Positions 1-14,065 of a stretch of DNA of 64,000 nucleotides are shown here, one piece after another. Position 1 is the first letter of the stretch. Each line of letters starts with the position of its first letter. Source of the DNA: Chrysomallon squamiferum. Taxonomy: Eukaryota > Animalia > Mollusca. The stretch is from assembly GCA_012295275.1 (NCBI GenBank), contig CM022670.1, positions 29,884,001 through 29,948,000 of the forward strand, in the 5' to 3' direction. Position numbers and translations under genes: made by a program. Below the pieces are notes generated by a model. It was not told the origin of the DNA. It saw only the letters and a list, made by a program, of their open reading frames with translations, and searched no databases.

Positions 1-837
1 TTTGATGGCTATCCAGGTATTTAACAAGCCAGTGACGAATTATCTATCCTATAACATTAATAATATTCCAATACATGAAAATTTCTGTGGCTTCTTTTTG
101 TAACTTAACAGCTTTTTAAAAAAAAAATTTATGTTATTAAATTATTTAAATTGATTTTATTTATATATTAATATTATTTTTTATTATTTTTATTGAGTTA
201 TTTGTTAAATTTTGTATGCCTTTGATGTTTAACAGTTTTTAAGGTGTATCTTTCGTCTCTTGACCATACTGTGAAAATATTTAACATTCTGAGTTAGGTT
301 TGCTCACAGAAAGATTATAGTTAGAACAAACTGTATTGAATATAATAATTGTAAACTTAATTTGTAACATTTTAACTAGTTCTAAAAGGTAAATCCCACT
401 CCACCATAATAACAATAATAATGATTTATGACAAAAAAGAAAAAAGGAATGTCTTGAAAACTGCTACTTTAGAATAACCCTTTGATGGGGTGAAAATAAA
501 AGCAAAATAATTATGAAACATATCTTGTTTTATTTATTTATATTTTCATAATGGGAATACCCCTTCTGCTTAAAAGTGATTTTTAAAAAAATTCCATCCA
601 AAGCCCATTTTATTCAGAAATATAATTTGTAATATTTTATTAATGTTTTTGTTTTTTTCAATTTTTTCAGGTGAACCAGATGCTCAGCTCAATCCAAAGA
701 AAAAAATATGGGAAAGTCTGAAACCATTTGTTAGAACAGATGACAACAAAGTTGCTACGTTCAAAGGAGTTCCTTTCAAAGTGGAAGGCAAAGGAATAGT
801 TGTAACTGAAACTTTGGCAAATGCACAAATTTCTTGA
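1..837 (+). CDS. AIMP1: Aminoacyl-tRNA synthetase complex-interacting multifunctional protein 1 (EMAP-II/tRNA-binding domain), 3' end only
   Basis: Exon tail 1-16 (FDGYP, GT at 17) splices in phase to last exon 671-837: [55 protein letters not shown]. This closely resembles the AIMP1 C-terminus ([15 protein letters not shown]...ATYKGVPFEVKGKG). An EMAP-II domain fused to MetRS/TyrRS cannot be fully excluded. Confidence 0.85.
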
Positions 838-1847
838 GTTTCTATTTAAACAAGTGAAATAATAGACACTCATATGTTTTTATTAACATATCCAATTAAA
901 GTACTAAAATAAAGTTTCTCATTTTTTTTAATTATATATTTTTAACAGGTTGTAATAATAAAACATAACTAGACATTATTTATTTCTTTATTTTTACATC
1001 TAATCTACTTGGATTCTACAAAACCACCAATAAATACATTTTTAAAATTTAGAATGACTCGGGGCCATGCTTTTCTCTATTTGAGAACACAGAACAAAGA
1101 ATGTTTTGAAAGTGACTCCAACATTTTTTATACAGCACATATTTTGTCAGTAATAACAAATCATAATTCTGATTAGTAAACAGGTATTTTTTCATCCATG
1201 GTTTACATCATTTTTAGTACACTTATTTATTCATTTATCTTTCCTAAATAATTTTGAAGATGCAGTAATATGAAAAATAAAGTGTTTTACTTGGGAAGGG
1301 TATTAAGTATAAAATACTATTAATAAAAATAACAAAGATAAATGTGTAAACAATATTTTTTTTTTAGTGGAACAAAATATTCTCAATAAATTAGGCGGAA
1401 ACAAAATACATTTTTATCCAACTTTCTCAAGCCACTCTAAAATAACCAAAATAAATAATAAATGATTAACATAAATCAAGACACTTATCTCTGCTACAGT
1501 TTGAGCAGAATATTTCTGCTTTCTTTGACTGATGCACACTCAGTCTTACTATACTTGTCAGAAAAAGAAATTTTAAATGAAGGAGTCAACACTGGTTTCA
1601 TTTGCACATTCTGCATTAGCTTGATCTGACTGAAACAACATTTCTGATTTATGATTATTTTTATTATTTTTAAAACAAAAATTTCCAAACAACTGGCTCA
1701 TGCTAAAACATATTGTCTAATGTAACAAGTGCTGAAATAACAATTATCCATTCTTGTGTTTTGTTTGGATCTAATCCATTTCCAGTATCCAATTTTGTAC
1801 TTATTTATAAAATTAAAATACAACTCTTGCAGACTGCTTTTCAAATC

Positions 1848-4800
1848 TCAAAACTGTATTAATGTTTCAAGCAATTTACATCTGACAATTCCTGCTTTTT
1901 CCCATCTTGGATGTGGCCTGCAATGTAAATGAAAATATTATATTTATTTAATAAATAATTTTATCTATATGGTATAAAAAATATATTGGTAATAATTGTG
2001 ATATAGTTTTATAATTTATAATTTATAATTTAAAATGATGAAAAGGTATCTTAACTAACAAAACCTTTATCTATGGACTTGTGACAAAAGAAATTTTATC
2101 TTAGTATTATGATTAAGATAATAATAATCTGAAAGTCTGTTAATAATAAAATGAATTTTTCGTGAACTTTATCTGATTACAGTGCTACCTTGACTTATGA
2201 GTGCCCCATCTTACGAGTGTTTCAAGTTATGAGCAGTCGCCCTGTCAATTTTTTGCTTTGAGTTATGAATGAGCTTCAGATACGCCGCCACTAGTTGGCG
2301 TAACTAACAACACAACCTCTGACCAGCATCCCGCATTTTACTCTTTTGCTTCACGAGACTACCTTGCCATGGAAGCATCTCTGTTATGTTGTGCTCGCGT
2401 TTTGTGCAGTATTTTGCCAAATTTCTTTTTTCTGGCCATGATCCTAAGAAAGTGAGTGCAAAGGACAGTGCTGAGAAGAAGAAGTGGATGATGTCCATTG
2501 AATTAAAGCTTGAATTCTCAAAAAAAAAAAAACAAGAGCGAGGTGTGCATATAGTTGACATGGCTAGGCAGTATGAGTATAGTACTTTTACGATATGTAC
2601 CATACTGAAACTGAAGGAGTCAATAAAGGCTGTAACTCCAGCCAAAGGCATTCAAATAATGTCTGATCTCCAAGAAAAATACACTTTCCAAAACCAATTT
2701 ATATCTTTACATTCTCTTTTATTTTGTTTTTTATACAATATTTGTCATTTATAAATACATTTTTCTTATTTAAAAACACATCAAAAAAAAAAAAAAAATG
2801 GATTGGTTTTTGGGGGGCTGGAACTGATTAATGGTATTTCAATTAATTTCATTTGGGAAAATATATTTGATATATGAGCTTGGTAACAGAATGAATTAAA
2901 CTTGTAAGTCGAGGTACCACTCTATATTATTTGAAGAATTTACTCTGATACGATTATTGGATTTTAATTAAGATCATCAAATAACATGAGCAACTAACAA
3001 TTCACATAACAAAACTTAAAAACAATTTATGATGACAATGACAATGATGACTGTGATAAGAACAAAAAGGAACAATATTACAAACATACTTATTTACAAA
3101 GGCTAGAAGAATTTCTCTGGCAGATTTGGGAAAGTATGACTGCTGTACTGCATGTTCTAAGACTACCAGTGGTCCAGTGACATCACTGATTGGTTTGAAA
3201 TGTTTGTCTTCACCCTGCAGTGTGGAAAATAAATAAGTGTGAAAAAGTTTGGAACATAAATCAAATATTTACTTTTAAAAAGTGGAATAAACCAGAGAGA
3301 CTATAAATAAATAAATAAATAAATAAAATTATTAAGTGGAATTATTTAAAAAAAAAAGAAAATTAAAATTAAAAAAAAGAATTTGAAGCAATAAATTCAT
3401 TTATATCAAATCTCGGTTATAAAATTTATTTAATCAGTAATCTTATTATTTAACCAAAAAAACATTATCATCCTCTTCTTACCTTTATTATTCCCATGTG
3501 AACAAGTAATACATTTACTGCAACTGATATATTTTCTGGAATTTTAAATAGACCTTCCAACAGATTATCTGTATTAAAAAAAAGAAAAATGTAGTGATGA
3601 TATAAACATAGCAGATGCAGTGCATTTTCGCAAATAGGACTTGGAAATGTGATGTACTGCTGGTCTTTTTTTGATAGATATTTTATTGTTTCTGTAAGTT
3701 GTGAAGTTTATTTTGAAATGACATTTCATTTCATATTATATTTATCATTAGTGCTCTATAATGTTACTTGAAGCCAAAAATAATAATGATAATAAAATGT
3801 ATTACAATTTTAGAGAATGTTTTAGGTATCAGAAAACTAATGAATGTGTTTTATATAATAACAATAATATTAATGTAGTTTTGTCTGTATGTGATAATTG
3901 AGGTGGTAAGCCAGAACACACGGACACACACACATATACTTACATTAAAAACAGTCTTAATTTATGTTAAAAGAAAATAATTTAAAAACAAAAAGGACAA
4001 ACTTGATATTTAACAGTTTGTGAATGGACCAAGTATAAACTGTTTCTATTAAACTTTGAGAAGCAAGAGATCCTGAATGTAATAGTTATCAATATATTTA
4101 ATTTTGTATAAGTGTCTTTACCTGCACATTCACATGCAGCACGTTTTGTTTTCTCATCATCGTTTGTTACAACTGTTGATATCTGTAAGTAAACCAAACA
4201 GTTATTACATCTGTAGGCCATTAAAATTTACATCATGTCTAATATATTATTTATTATGGTATCTAGAATTACTTTTTAAACATTTTCTAAAGCTATAGTA
4301 TAACAAAATATTCTTGATTCAATAAGAAAATAAATTCATATTTTATTTCACACAGATAATCAGCAAGATAAAATGGAAGCAAGCTTTCTCTTCCTGCATA
4401 CATTTGAAAAAATAAAAAAATAAAAATAAAAATAATAATAATAAATAAATAAAACAAAAAATCTCAAATAATTAAAATTTTTGCTGCTTTTAACCTGTGA
4501 CAATCATTATTTTATATGTCATGGTATTTAATATATCTTTTCCATTAACCAGAAAGAGAAAAGTGTCAATCTGACAAAAATTCATCTTTCATGGCTTAAC
4601 ATACATATAAACCAAACAATATTCAATTCTTACCCGTATTACTGTTTCAACCACTTTATCAATATCAGTGACATCACTCTGAAAGAAAAAGACATATTTA
4701 ATTACTATTATAATCTTTTTCTTTGTTTTTTTCTGTTATAGTAAACTTCATAATTATTAAAATTTTATGAAATATAGTTTATTAGTCCATATCTTTTTTT

Positions 4801-7800
4801 TTTTTGTGTGTGTTTTGTGCAGAGGCCATTGGAAATTTTTTTGGTATTTACTAACAAAATCATTTTAAAACTGACAAATAACAATCATTAATTAATCGAG
4901 TTAAAATATAGACATTTCTCTCAATGATATATCACTTTAAAAAACACACCAAAAAACGCCATAAACCTGATATATTACTGTATTCTTTATTAACACAGGC
5001 TGATGTAAAAAACCTAAACTTTAGAATGAAACAAACAGCTATTTGTAACACTACATTTACAGTTTGACTCAACTCATACCCCAAGTTCTTCTTTTATTGC
5101 TGCAGCTCGTTGCTGACCCAGCTGAAGTAGTTTAGTTGGAGATGGGAAAGAAAGGAAATCTTTAGCTGTTACTTCCTGAAAAAACAAAACACTTCAGTAG
5201 TATATATCATGAATCATTCATTTCTGTAATATGTGTTTCTGTTACAATAAAATATAATGCTGTATTGTTCTTTGTGTATGTTTGTGTTTGTTTAGCAAGT
5301 AGCAAAAATATAATAAACTGAATGAAAACTTTACAGCTGATTTTATTGATAATTAATGGGAAAAAAATATATATATGTAGAGAGAGAGAGAGAATATGAG
5401 GAAAAAATGTGCCAAGTGAGAGAATACATGTGTCTGTGTGTACTTGTGTTTTCTTCACACACACAAACTATCAAAATAAAACTCAATGAAAGACCAACAC
5501 TGTATATTTATTATAAATTAAAACAACTAAAACATTGGCAAAAGAATGCATAATGAAACATTATCCTTATATATAATGTAATTTATAAAATTAATGATAT
5601 AAGAAAAAAGTATATTTTTAAAAAGTCAAATGAGTATAAAATATCTAAAATATTGTGTGCAATAATTATATAAAATAATACATTTTCTTAAATTAAAAAG
5701 GTTTATATAATGACATGTGTTCACAATAAATATTCAGTGCCAAAAAAATATTGAGGTAACTGAGTAAATGCTTTGTTTTCTTCCAATTAAAAAAGACAAA
5801 AATAATATTAAGTGTAATTAAATACTAACACAGACCTAATGAATGTTTATATATGTAAATGAGTGTAATTAAAGTTTTTAAATACAATGATGCACATATT
5901 ATTGTAATTAAAAACAGGTAAATATATAGTTATTGATATAAATTTGACAAAATAAAAATGAGACTATTTAAAATTTTGATGTGCAAATACTACAATTACT
6001 ATTAGATATTTAACATTTATATAGTAATAAAGCTTTAGCTTTAACAATGTAGCACCATGTGAAATGTGATAAATCATTATTATGTTACAGTAAACAGATA
6101 ACACAAAATTTGTGTATATCTAAATGGATAAACATATATATAATGTAAATGTTTTATATTTTTTAATATATATATAAGTGAAAAATATCAGTCAGATTTA
6201 TGCCTTTATAGTTATAACTGTTTTCTTCACGCACGCACGCACACGCACGCACACACACACACACACACACAAACACTAAATTCTATCTATAAAATATCTG
6301 GGTTAGATTTTAGCCTAAAATTTGTGCAGGTAAATTAAGCCAACTTTCCAAAATTAAAGGACTTGTGATGATTCACAGATTAACATGTAAAACTGCCATA
6401 TAATCAACACAGTGTTGAAATGCATCATACACATTTTTACAAGCTCAAGTCTTGTATTATCACTTATACTGAGCAAGATTTGGCAATTATTGAACAGCAT
6501 CACGGTCCTTCAAGGTAAAAAAATAATTAATATATTCTATTTTACAAAACCTTCTGTAGTAATACCTGCATTATGCAACGAGATAGGTGAATGGGGCAAT
6601 TTTTTATTCTCCCCAGTGTTTTATATGTAATATAATCTGAACTAAATGACATAATCAACTATCTTAAAATAAATATATGATAATTATTTTTGATGACTGT
6701 TTAATGAATCTTGGATCAATTTGTCTTTTTTTTTAAATTTACAATTAAATATTCAGTCACCTTATTAATTACTGCTAATTAAGTTTCCATCAAACTGAAT
6801 CCTCTTCAGAAACAAGCTAGCATATTTATTATTTATAAAGAATAATAGTAAATATACAAAAAATGACTTAGATCTGCCATATGTACCAGAATACATTGAC
6901 AGATTTAAAGAAAAAAGGTTTTGATACTTTTTTGTTAAATTAAGGATTGCTTCATAAACATTGTAATATAAAGTTTTCAAATTCTAATACAAATTAATAA
7001 TTCTGTCATTATAAATATGCTGTTTCTATGTTCAGATTTATAGATTTGAGTAATCAAATTTTGTTTTAAGCAGCATATTCCATTGGAGAATTTTATAACT
7101 GTTAGCCAATCTCTCCATTATTAAATAAGCAGTTTATATAAGCAGTGTTATCTTTCATTTTTATTTTTATAATCCTGATATAATCCCTCCATTACAAAAC
7201 AGGAGTTTATGTAAGTAGTTTTATGAATGTGGATTGTATAAATTTTGAGAAACTTCCTCCTTTATTAAATGACAAATTCATAATTGTAAACAATGTTATC
7301 TGTCTGTGGAATTTTATTACTTTTGAGACAATCCCTTCTATATAAACCAAGCAGTTTTATGTCAATATGGAATTGTATGAATTTCTGATACACAATACAA
7401 GCAATTTCATCAGTCACTATGAAGTTTTATAAATTTTGAGACAACCCCTCCTTTATAATAATAAAAAAATTTCCAACGAAGAATTTTATAATTTTTTTTA
7501 GGAAATCCTTTCTTTATAAAACAGTTTACATAAGCAGAATGTTTCTGTAGTTTAAAAAATCTGACACAATCCCTCCACTCTAAATATTATAGATCATGTT
7601 CATGTTTTTCAACTTCTCTCCTGTCATGATAAATTCAGCTTGCCCATTTCATCAGCAATGTCTAGTGAGGTGGCTTCAATCTGCAAAAATGTCAAACACA
7701 TTTTGTTTAGAATTTGACAAGAAATAAACAGAAGAAGCCACCACACTAAGCCAAAAAAAATAATGATATGATGTGAAAATGTAATGTAAGTAATGTTATA

Positions 7801-10800
7801 TAATGTAATATTCACCATTTACAAAAGTAACTGTGTACTCTATTATTATTGTTAGACAAAAAGTCTGGGGTCTCCAACTGAAAATTACAAATAAAAATAG
7901 ACAATCCTGTGGTAATTAATTATGATTTAGTTTACCCTTTTAGTTTTTTTTAAATATTCTATATCTTTTTTGTGTTATAAAGCATTATTAAAATTATTAT
8001 AAAGAAAAAGATATAAAAATGATTATGTGAATTATGTAAATGTTAAAATACTGTAGGTAAACTTTGAATGCATTATCCCTGAAAATGCATTTCAGTCACA
8101 TCTTCTTAAAGAATAAGAATCATTTTGTCTGTTTCACACAGATTGTAAAGATAAAAAATAAATTCTTGATAAAATATTGTTTATAACATAAAATATAAGA
8201 TTACATTTTTGTTAATTCATAATATAAAAAGTAATAAAAACAAATGTATTAATTAAACAAAGTTAAGTAATACACACACTTACATAAACAAAATAATGTA
8301 CCTGTCTGGGTGATGTAATGGCTTCACCTTTGACCCGAAGGGCAGGGTCATCAACAATATCACCTTCTTCATCATCTTCCTCTTCCTTCAAGACATCAGA
8401 ACATTTTTATTAATTAAATCTAAATATTTTATGTTTTATTTCTTGTCTTAATAACTGCTTCATTTGGTATACTAGTTCAAAAGTTATAGAGCTTCACATA
8501 CATAAATGTGTATATATGGTGCATTCATGCTTTATTTTTATTTATCACTATGTATACATAAATGAAGTATTAAATGTTATAAACAAATCTATAAAACAAA
8601 AGGTAAATTAAGTAATTTTAACTCTCACAAAATGAAAACCAGAAAGCATCCTACATATATAACAAGAGACTAAAATTTGCATTAAAAATAATTTAATAAC
8701 AAGACCTGCACATTAACTTAAAAGCTGCTAATAAACACTGGTGGATCTGAGATGTATATGACAATAAAGTGTTGGTTTAGAAATCAATAGGCCCACATTA
8801 TGTACAACACAATTACCTCTTCATCTTCCTCACCCTCCTCTTCTTGATCTTCTTCCTCACTGCCTTCATCATCACTGAGACATGAAACCACAATTTAATT
8901 GAAATAAAAACTGAGTTTTATTAAGTTTTAGCTTAAAACAAAATCTCAGTTTAAATATTAACATTCAGTGGAAAACTAAATTATTGTTGTTGCTGACAAG
9001 CTGTCTTAAATTTAAATGAAAACATTTATATAAAATATAAAGAAGTAACTTCAGATAATTTATCTCGTTAGTGGAGGCCTATTTCACATTGATATATTTT
9101 TTAATAGTAAAGAAAATAACTATTAGGCCTGCAATAAAATAATAATTTTTTAAAATGATTTAAAGATTTGTACCAAAAATCTTTAAAAAATTAAATAAAT
9201 AAATATTTTTAATAATAATAAAATAAATCAGGAGATAAAAAAAAAATATTAAAAGGTCAGTCACCTTAAACTAGCTAAAGCATCAAGTTTATCTATTGCC
9301 TCCATTGCTGCCTGCACCAACTCTACACCTTCCTTACCGAGCATGTTTTCTACAAATTAAAATAACATGGTGAAAATAAACAATGATAAAAAACTAGTTT
9401 TAGATTTTTTAAATCTCAGTTTAACTGTAGATAATCCAAGTAATTATAATTACTTTTTAAATTATAATAAGCAGTATATAAATATCCTTTGATTATTTCT
9501 GAATGTTCAGCATATTATATAGAATATAAATCATTTATTTTTCAAAAATTAATTTACAGTAAAGGAATTTATTCCACAATAAATCCTTTATATGGCTACT
9601 CTGTTTCAAATTTTTTAATTTTTACAATTTTTTATTCCACAGTCGAGAAACTACAATTAGTTTTTCAGCCATTACATCTTACATGTAATAATTACCATTA
9701 AGATCAAGTTTCTGTAAGTGTCTTTTGTTTTCCAGGCATCCAGTGATTGCACTTGTTCCAGATTTGGTGATTTCATTTCCTGACAGAATGAGTTCCTACA
9801 AAATTAAAATACAACATAATATTTCATATAATAACACTTACATCTGACCACAGCAATCACTAGAACCATGAAGAATGCTGCATAACATATTTGTTTTCTT
9901 TTCATGTGGATTATATTCATATTTTATATATTTAAATTATTTTTTTTTAAAACAGACTTGTCCAAAGAAATACTTCAACACTATTTTTCTGCATAATTAA
10001 TTACTAACATTGTAAAATAAAAAAAGTCTTAAAATCTATAACTTCAAGAAGTATTGATATTACATTTTTGTAACTGAAAATGTTGTTCTCTTTATCACTG
10101 GCTTTTCACCCTGAAACTTTGCAAAATTTTACATTACTGACAACTTAAAGGAGGGAATAATAATAACCTTGTGTTTATTTCATCAACATCAGAATGTTTA
10201 AAATCTGAAGATGAAAAGTAAAAAACGATATTTTGTGAAGAAAACAATTAAAATTACTGTCTTACCCTCAGTTTTTCATGACCTTTGTCTAGGGCATCAG
10301 CAATAGCTGTAGAACCTTCTGTTTTCATCAAACAGTCAGCAAAATTAATCACTTCTAAATTCTGAAGATGTGGCAAAGCCTGAATTATAAATAAAATCAC
10401 ATACATATTGCTTAAACCAAAAACACATTTCAGTAAAATTATACTGACTAATTTCAGTACTTTTTCTCCTTGATTTTGTACTTCTGTTTTCTACATATTT
10501 GAACACTGTGTAAATATGTCTTTGACAGATAGTCATGATAACATTTCAAACTGTGGCTAAAAGTTGTCATTTTATTTGCAGGTAATATTTTATGGGGTAC
10601 AGAATAAAAATATATTTTCAATATGGATATATTTCAGTTCTGTAGGTATACTCAGTATAAATAAAGAAAATGCAGAAACATTATGATTAATTAAAATTAA
10701 ATTTAAATTATTATTATTATAAACATTTTAGATTTAAAAAATAATTATAAAAGAAAAAAGGGTTATTCTGGAAAATATACATTTTTAAATTTACAAAATA

Positions 10801-13800
10801 AAATTAGAATAATAAATATATGCAGTGCAAAGATCTATGAATAACTGGACACTATTTTATCATTAACCTTTTTACTACTGAGATGGGTTCTGCCATATAA
10901 AAGCAATAATAGAAGTATGTCAAAGTATTATATTATGTTCTACCAGTGAAATATATGTTATATGGTACACCAGAGTTATAACTCATCATATGAAGACTAC
11001 AAAAGTGATCACTAGAGGTTCACAGGAATCCAAAGCTGTGAGTAATGTAGCAGTCAAAAATGATACTCAGGAAATTAAAGATAAAAAAACCTATAATAAA
11101 ACATTAAATTGATTAATACATAAATATAAATATGTAATAACTAAATATCATATGATAACCTGGTTATGATTTAAGACAAACAAGAAATAACAGATACCTT
11201 TGCAATGGCCTGTGCCCCTATTTTAGTAAATGTGTTATCACTGAGATTTAGAACTCTCAATTCTTTGTTCACAGCCAGAGCATCAGCCAGGGCGGAGATC
11301 CCTTCATGTACAATTCCATTCTGAGGCATGGCAACTTCTTCAAGAGTTCCTATTGCCTGTTTTAGGAAAAACAACACTGTCTTATTTATTCTTATTAAAC
11401 TAATTCCAAATATTTTAACTGATCAAATTCATCAAAATGATGAATACTGACTTTCTGCACTTGTTGGAGCATAGTAAATGTAGTTCTAGTCTACCACACA
11501 GACAAAACAACAGTTACTGGTTAATGAATTATCCAAGGAATAAGCCATAACACACATTGGTGAATATCTTAAACAAAGTGACTTTCATTAATTTAAGCAT
11601 TAGTAAGTAACTAAGTAAAAAAAAAAAACATGAGCTACATTATATCTGAAAATAACACTTACTTTGAAAGCTTGAGACAGAGCGGTAGCACCTGCATTTT
11701 CTAACCGACCTCGTCCAGAAACAAACACTCGCAGTGAGAGAGGTTTACCAGCAGCACAGCTCTTTCTGTGACACTCCAGTAAACTTTCTGCTAGCATCTG
11801 CAATAAAAACAACAGCAGTTCTTCTGTTATTTCCAAAGATTTGTAATAAAGCACAGTAAATACTGTTATATTAAATATATGTTTTTTATATGTTATACAG
11901 TAAACAGCTTCTTCTGTGTCCTTCCATTTAAGTTTATCCTAACATCTACATTAACAACAGCAGTTCTTCATTGATTTGTAGACAGTATAATATAAGGTAT
12001 GGTAACAGAGCAGTGTACAGTCTGTAATATTTGACTAAACACTACATGTTTTTTTCTGTTAAAATGTACATTATAAATTTATATCAATATTTATAATATT
12101 TTTTTGTTCAAGTCATAAAGAAATCAAAAAGAAATAATAATTCTGTAACATTATTCAGTAAGGATAAAATTTATAGTGATGGTGACATAAATATAGAAAA
12201 ATGGAAAATTGTGTATATGAGTAATAAAGAAATCAAAAAAAAAATCTATTACAATAAAATAATGATAAATGTAAAAGAAAAAGAAAAGAATTCAAATAAT
12301 ACATGGTATATGAATCTAAAATATAAACCAAACAAACATAAACACATCAGTGATCTGAAGTGAAAAAATGAACAACACTTACCTTTCCCCCTGTGATACC
12401 TAAACCATTATTATTCAATCTGAGTTCTTTTAAACTGTAGCAACTTTCACTTTTGAGAAGTTCCACCAAGCCCTCCATGCCATTTGGACCAAAAGCATTA
12501 TCACTCAAATCCAATTCTACAAGTTGTGCCTGTGCTTTCATTACACCCAATCCTAAGCTTTTCTAAAAAGACGCCAATAAAAAATGCTGTAAATAAAAAC
12601 TAACAGGCATTATGACATTTATAAACAGAGGTGATAATCTTAAGAAAACACATCATTTAAAATCAAATTTACATAATTAATATTCATATACTTTATAGTA
12701 ATTTATTATAATAAACATATTCATTTACTGGTCTAGGTCATAATCAAAAGACATGCTATAAATAAAATTTACAATATTCATATAGTAATTCATTGTTAAG
12801 TGTTTGTGATATGTTAAAAATAAAGATTATAAAATTTATCTTCTTCATATTTGTTTGTTTGTGTATATTATAGGTATATACATGAACAAAATTGTCTTAA
12901 CATATGTGTATGTATGACCATTGACTGTGTTATGTTAATATCAGCATCTCTGCAGTGTCTTTTCTTTTTCCTGACTTGAACAAGAGACAGAACTTACGAG
13001 AGCCATTGGAATTTCTGATTTTAGTCGACCTGTGAACATGTCACTCCACCGTGCATGCTAAAAATAAAAAATCATTAAATATTAATGTAAAAAAATATAT
13101 TTTGCGTAAAATACTGATCTGATTAATTTTACAAATATGACATTGATTCAAAATAAACAGTGGCTACTGAAGCAATAGAACTAAATGCATTACAATATAT
13201 TTTATTAAAATGTCAAAATCCTAAACAAAATATTTAATGAATCTTCAATAAGGGGTTTATTTTGAAAATGATAAATCATGTCAAGAAAAAAGATATATGT
13301 TAAACCTATATTCATGACTTAATAAATAAATACACTGACCAGTTATAATTTATCATCTTAATAAATACAATAAAATATGTTTAACAAAAAGTTTTTTTTG
13401 AGAATTTGACTTGAAAAAGAAAATATACAGTTGTAGAAAAGAAAGAAACAAATACCTGAAATTCTGAATGTTTAGACAACGCTTTTCCAATTGCTTCAGC
13501 AGCTTTCACCCCTAATGTATTTCCTTCCATCTGCAGAGATTTCATATCTTCACATTTTTCTATTGCCTCAACAATTTCCTGGGCTAGAGTAAAAAATAAA
13601 TATAAAGTTTTATTACTGCTTCCATAATACAAAATATATTTTAAAAATCATTTGAAAACACATTATCTCTGATCATTCTATTTTCTAGAATTCTATTTTA
13701 CTTTTAATATTTTTTTTTATTGATTTAGCATTAAAATTACTTTCAAGATTAAAGAATGACTGAATCAAATAATATTTTGAATTATATAACTTGAATGATT

Positions 13801-14065
13801 TCTTTCAAACTGTTAATGTTAATAATTTCTTATTTATATATAAAATAAAATTTTACATTACTGAGACAATGAGAAGCGTACTTATCATCTTATTGAAATT
13901 ATGATTATAATGAAATCACGTAAGTCTGGACTAGAAGATACATCGTTTCTTACCATCATCTTCTGTATTTAATTTCAGTCCTCTTCCTTCGAAACTTAAT
14001 TCCTTTGAAACATCAACTTTCGTTCGAGCAAGTTGATTTGTTAGTTCATCCACTTGTGAAGACAT
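1848..14065 (-). CDS. RANGAP1: Ran GTPase-activating protein 1, full-length isoform (~565 aa)
   Basis: Exons (minus): 14065-13954, 13583-13456, 13057-12998, 12562-12383, 11797-11663, 11356-11198, 10379-10266, 9795-9696, 9349-9265, 8874-8817, 8385-8302, 5175-5080, 4678-4634, 4182-4122, 3568-3483, 3214-3090, 1917-1848. All are GT-AG and in phase. Motifs: [32 protein letters not shown], an acidic tract, C-domain [14 protein letters not shown], and SUMO site HMGIIKGE (human HMGLLKSE). Confidence 0.96.
2180..2922 (+). mobile_element. Non-autonomous Tigger/pogo-like DNA transposon (internal deletion derivative) in the last RanGAP1 intron
   Basis: TA-flanked TIRs CAGTGCTACCTTGACTTATGAG ... CTTGTAAGTCGAGGTACCACTC. 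Carries a decayed N-terminal HTH fragment ([22 protein letters not shown]...[18 protein letters not shown]). A second copy lies at 42819-43591. Confidence 0.88.
7030..7585. repeat. Degenerate ~60-70 bp tandem repeat array in a RanGAP1 intron
   Basis: About 8 diverged copies of a core like GAATTTTATAAATTTTGAGACAATCCCTCC..ATAAA..GCAGTTT, e.g. near 7088, 7231, 7308, 7421, 7481. Confidence 0.65.
7624..7680 (-). CDS. RANGAP1: Candidate alternative terminal exon of RanGAP1 ([18 protein letters not shown])
   Basis: Strong acceptor (TTTTTGCAG) at 7681-7689 on the minus strand. Phase 0 matches the upstream exon 8385-8302. Encodes 18 codons then TGA, and the peptide fits an NES consensus. Confidence 0.55.
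   Translation of the reverse strand: MEATSLDIADEMGKLNLS

Noticed and set aside
7609-7626. TGA of the short RanGAP1 exon as selenocysteine or readthrough
   Set aside because: A second TGA follows four codons later and no SECIS-like hairpin was recognised.
11430-11510. Possible C/D snoRNA or pre-miRNA in a RanGAP1 intron
   Set aside because: The ATGATGA box is on the strand opposite the host transcript and the hairpin pairing is weak.
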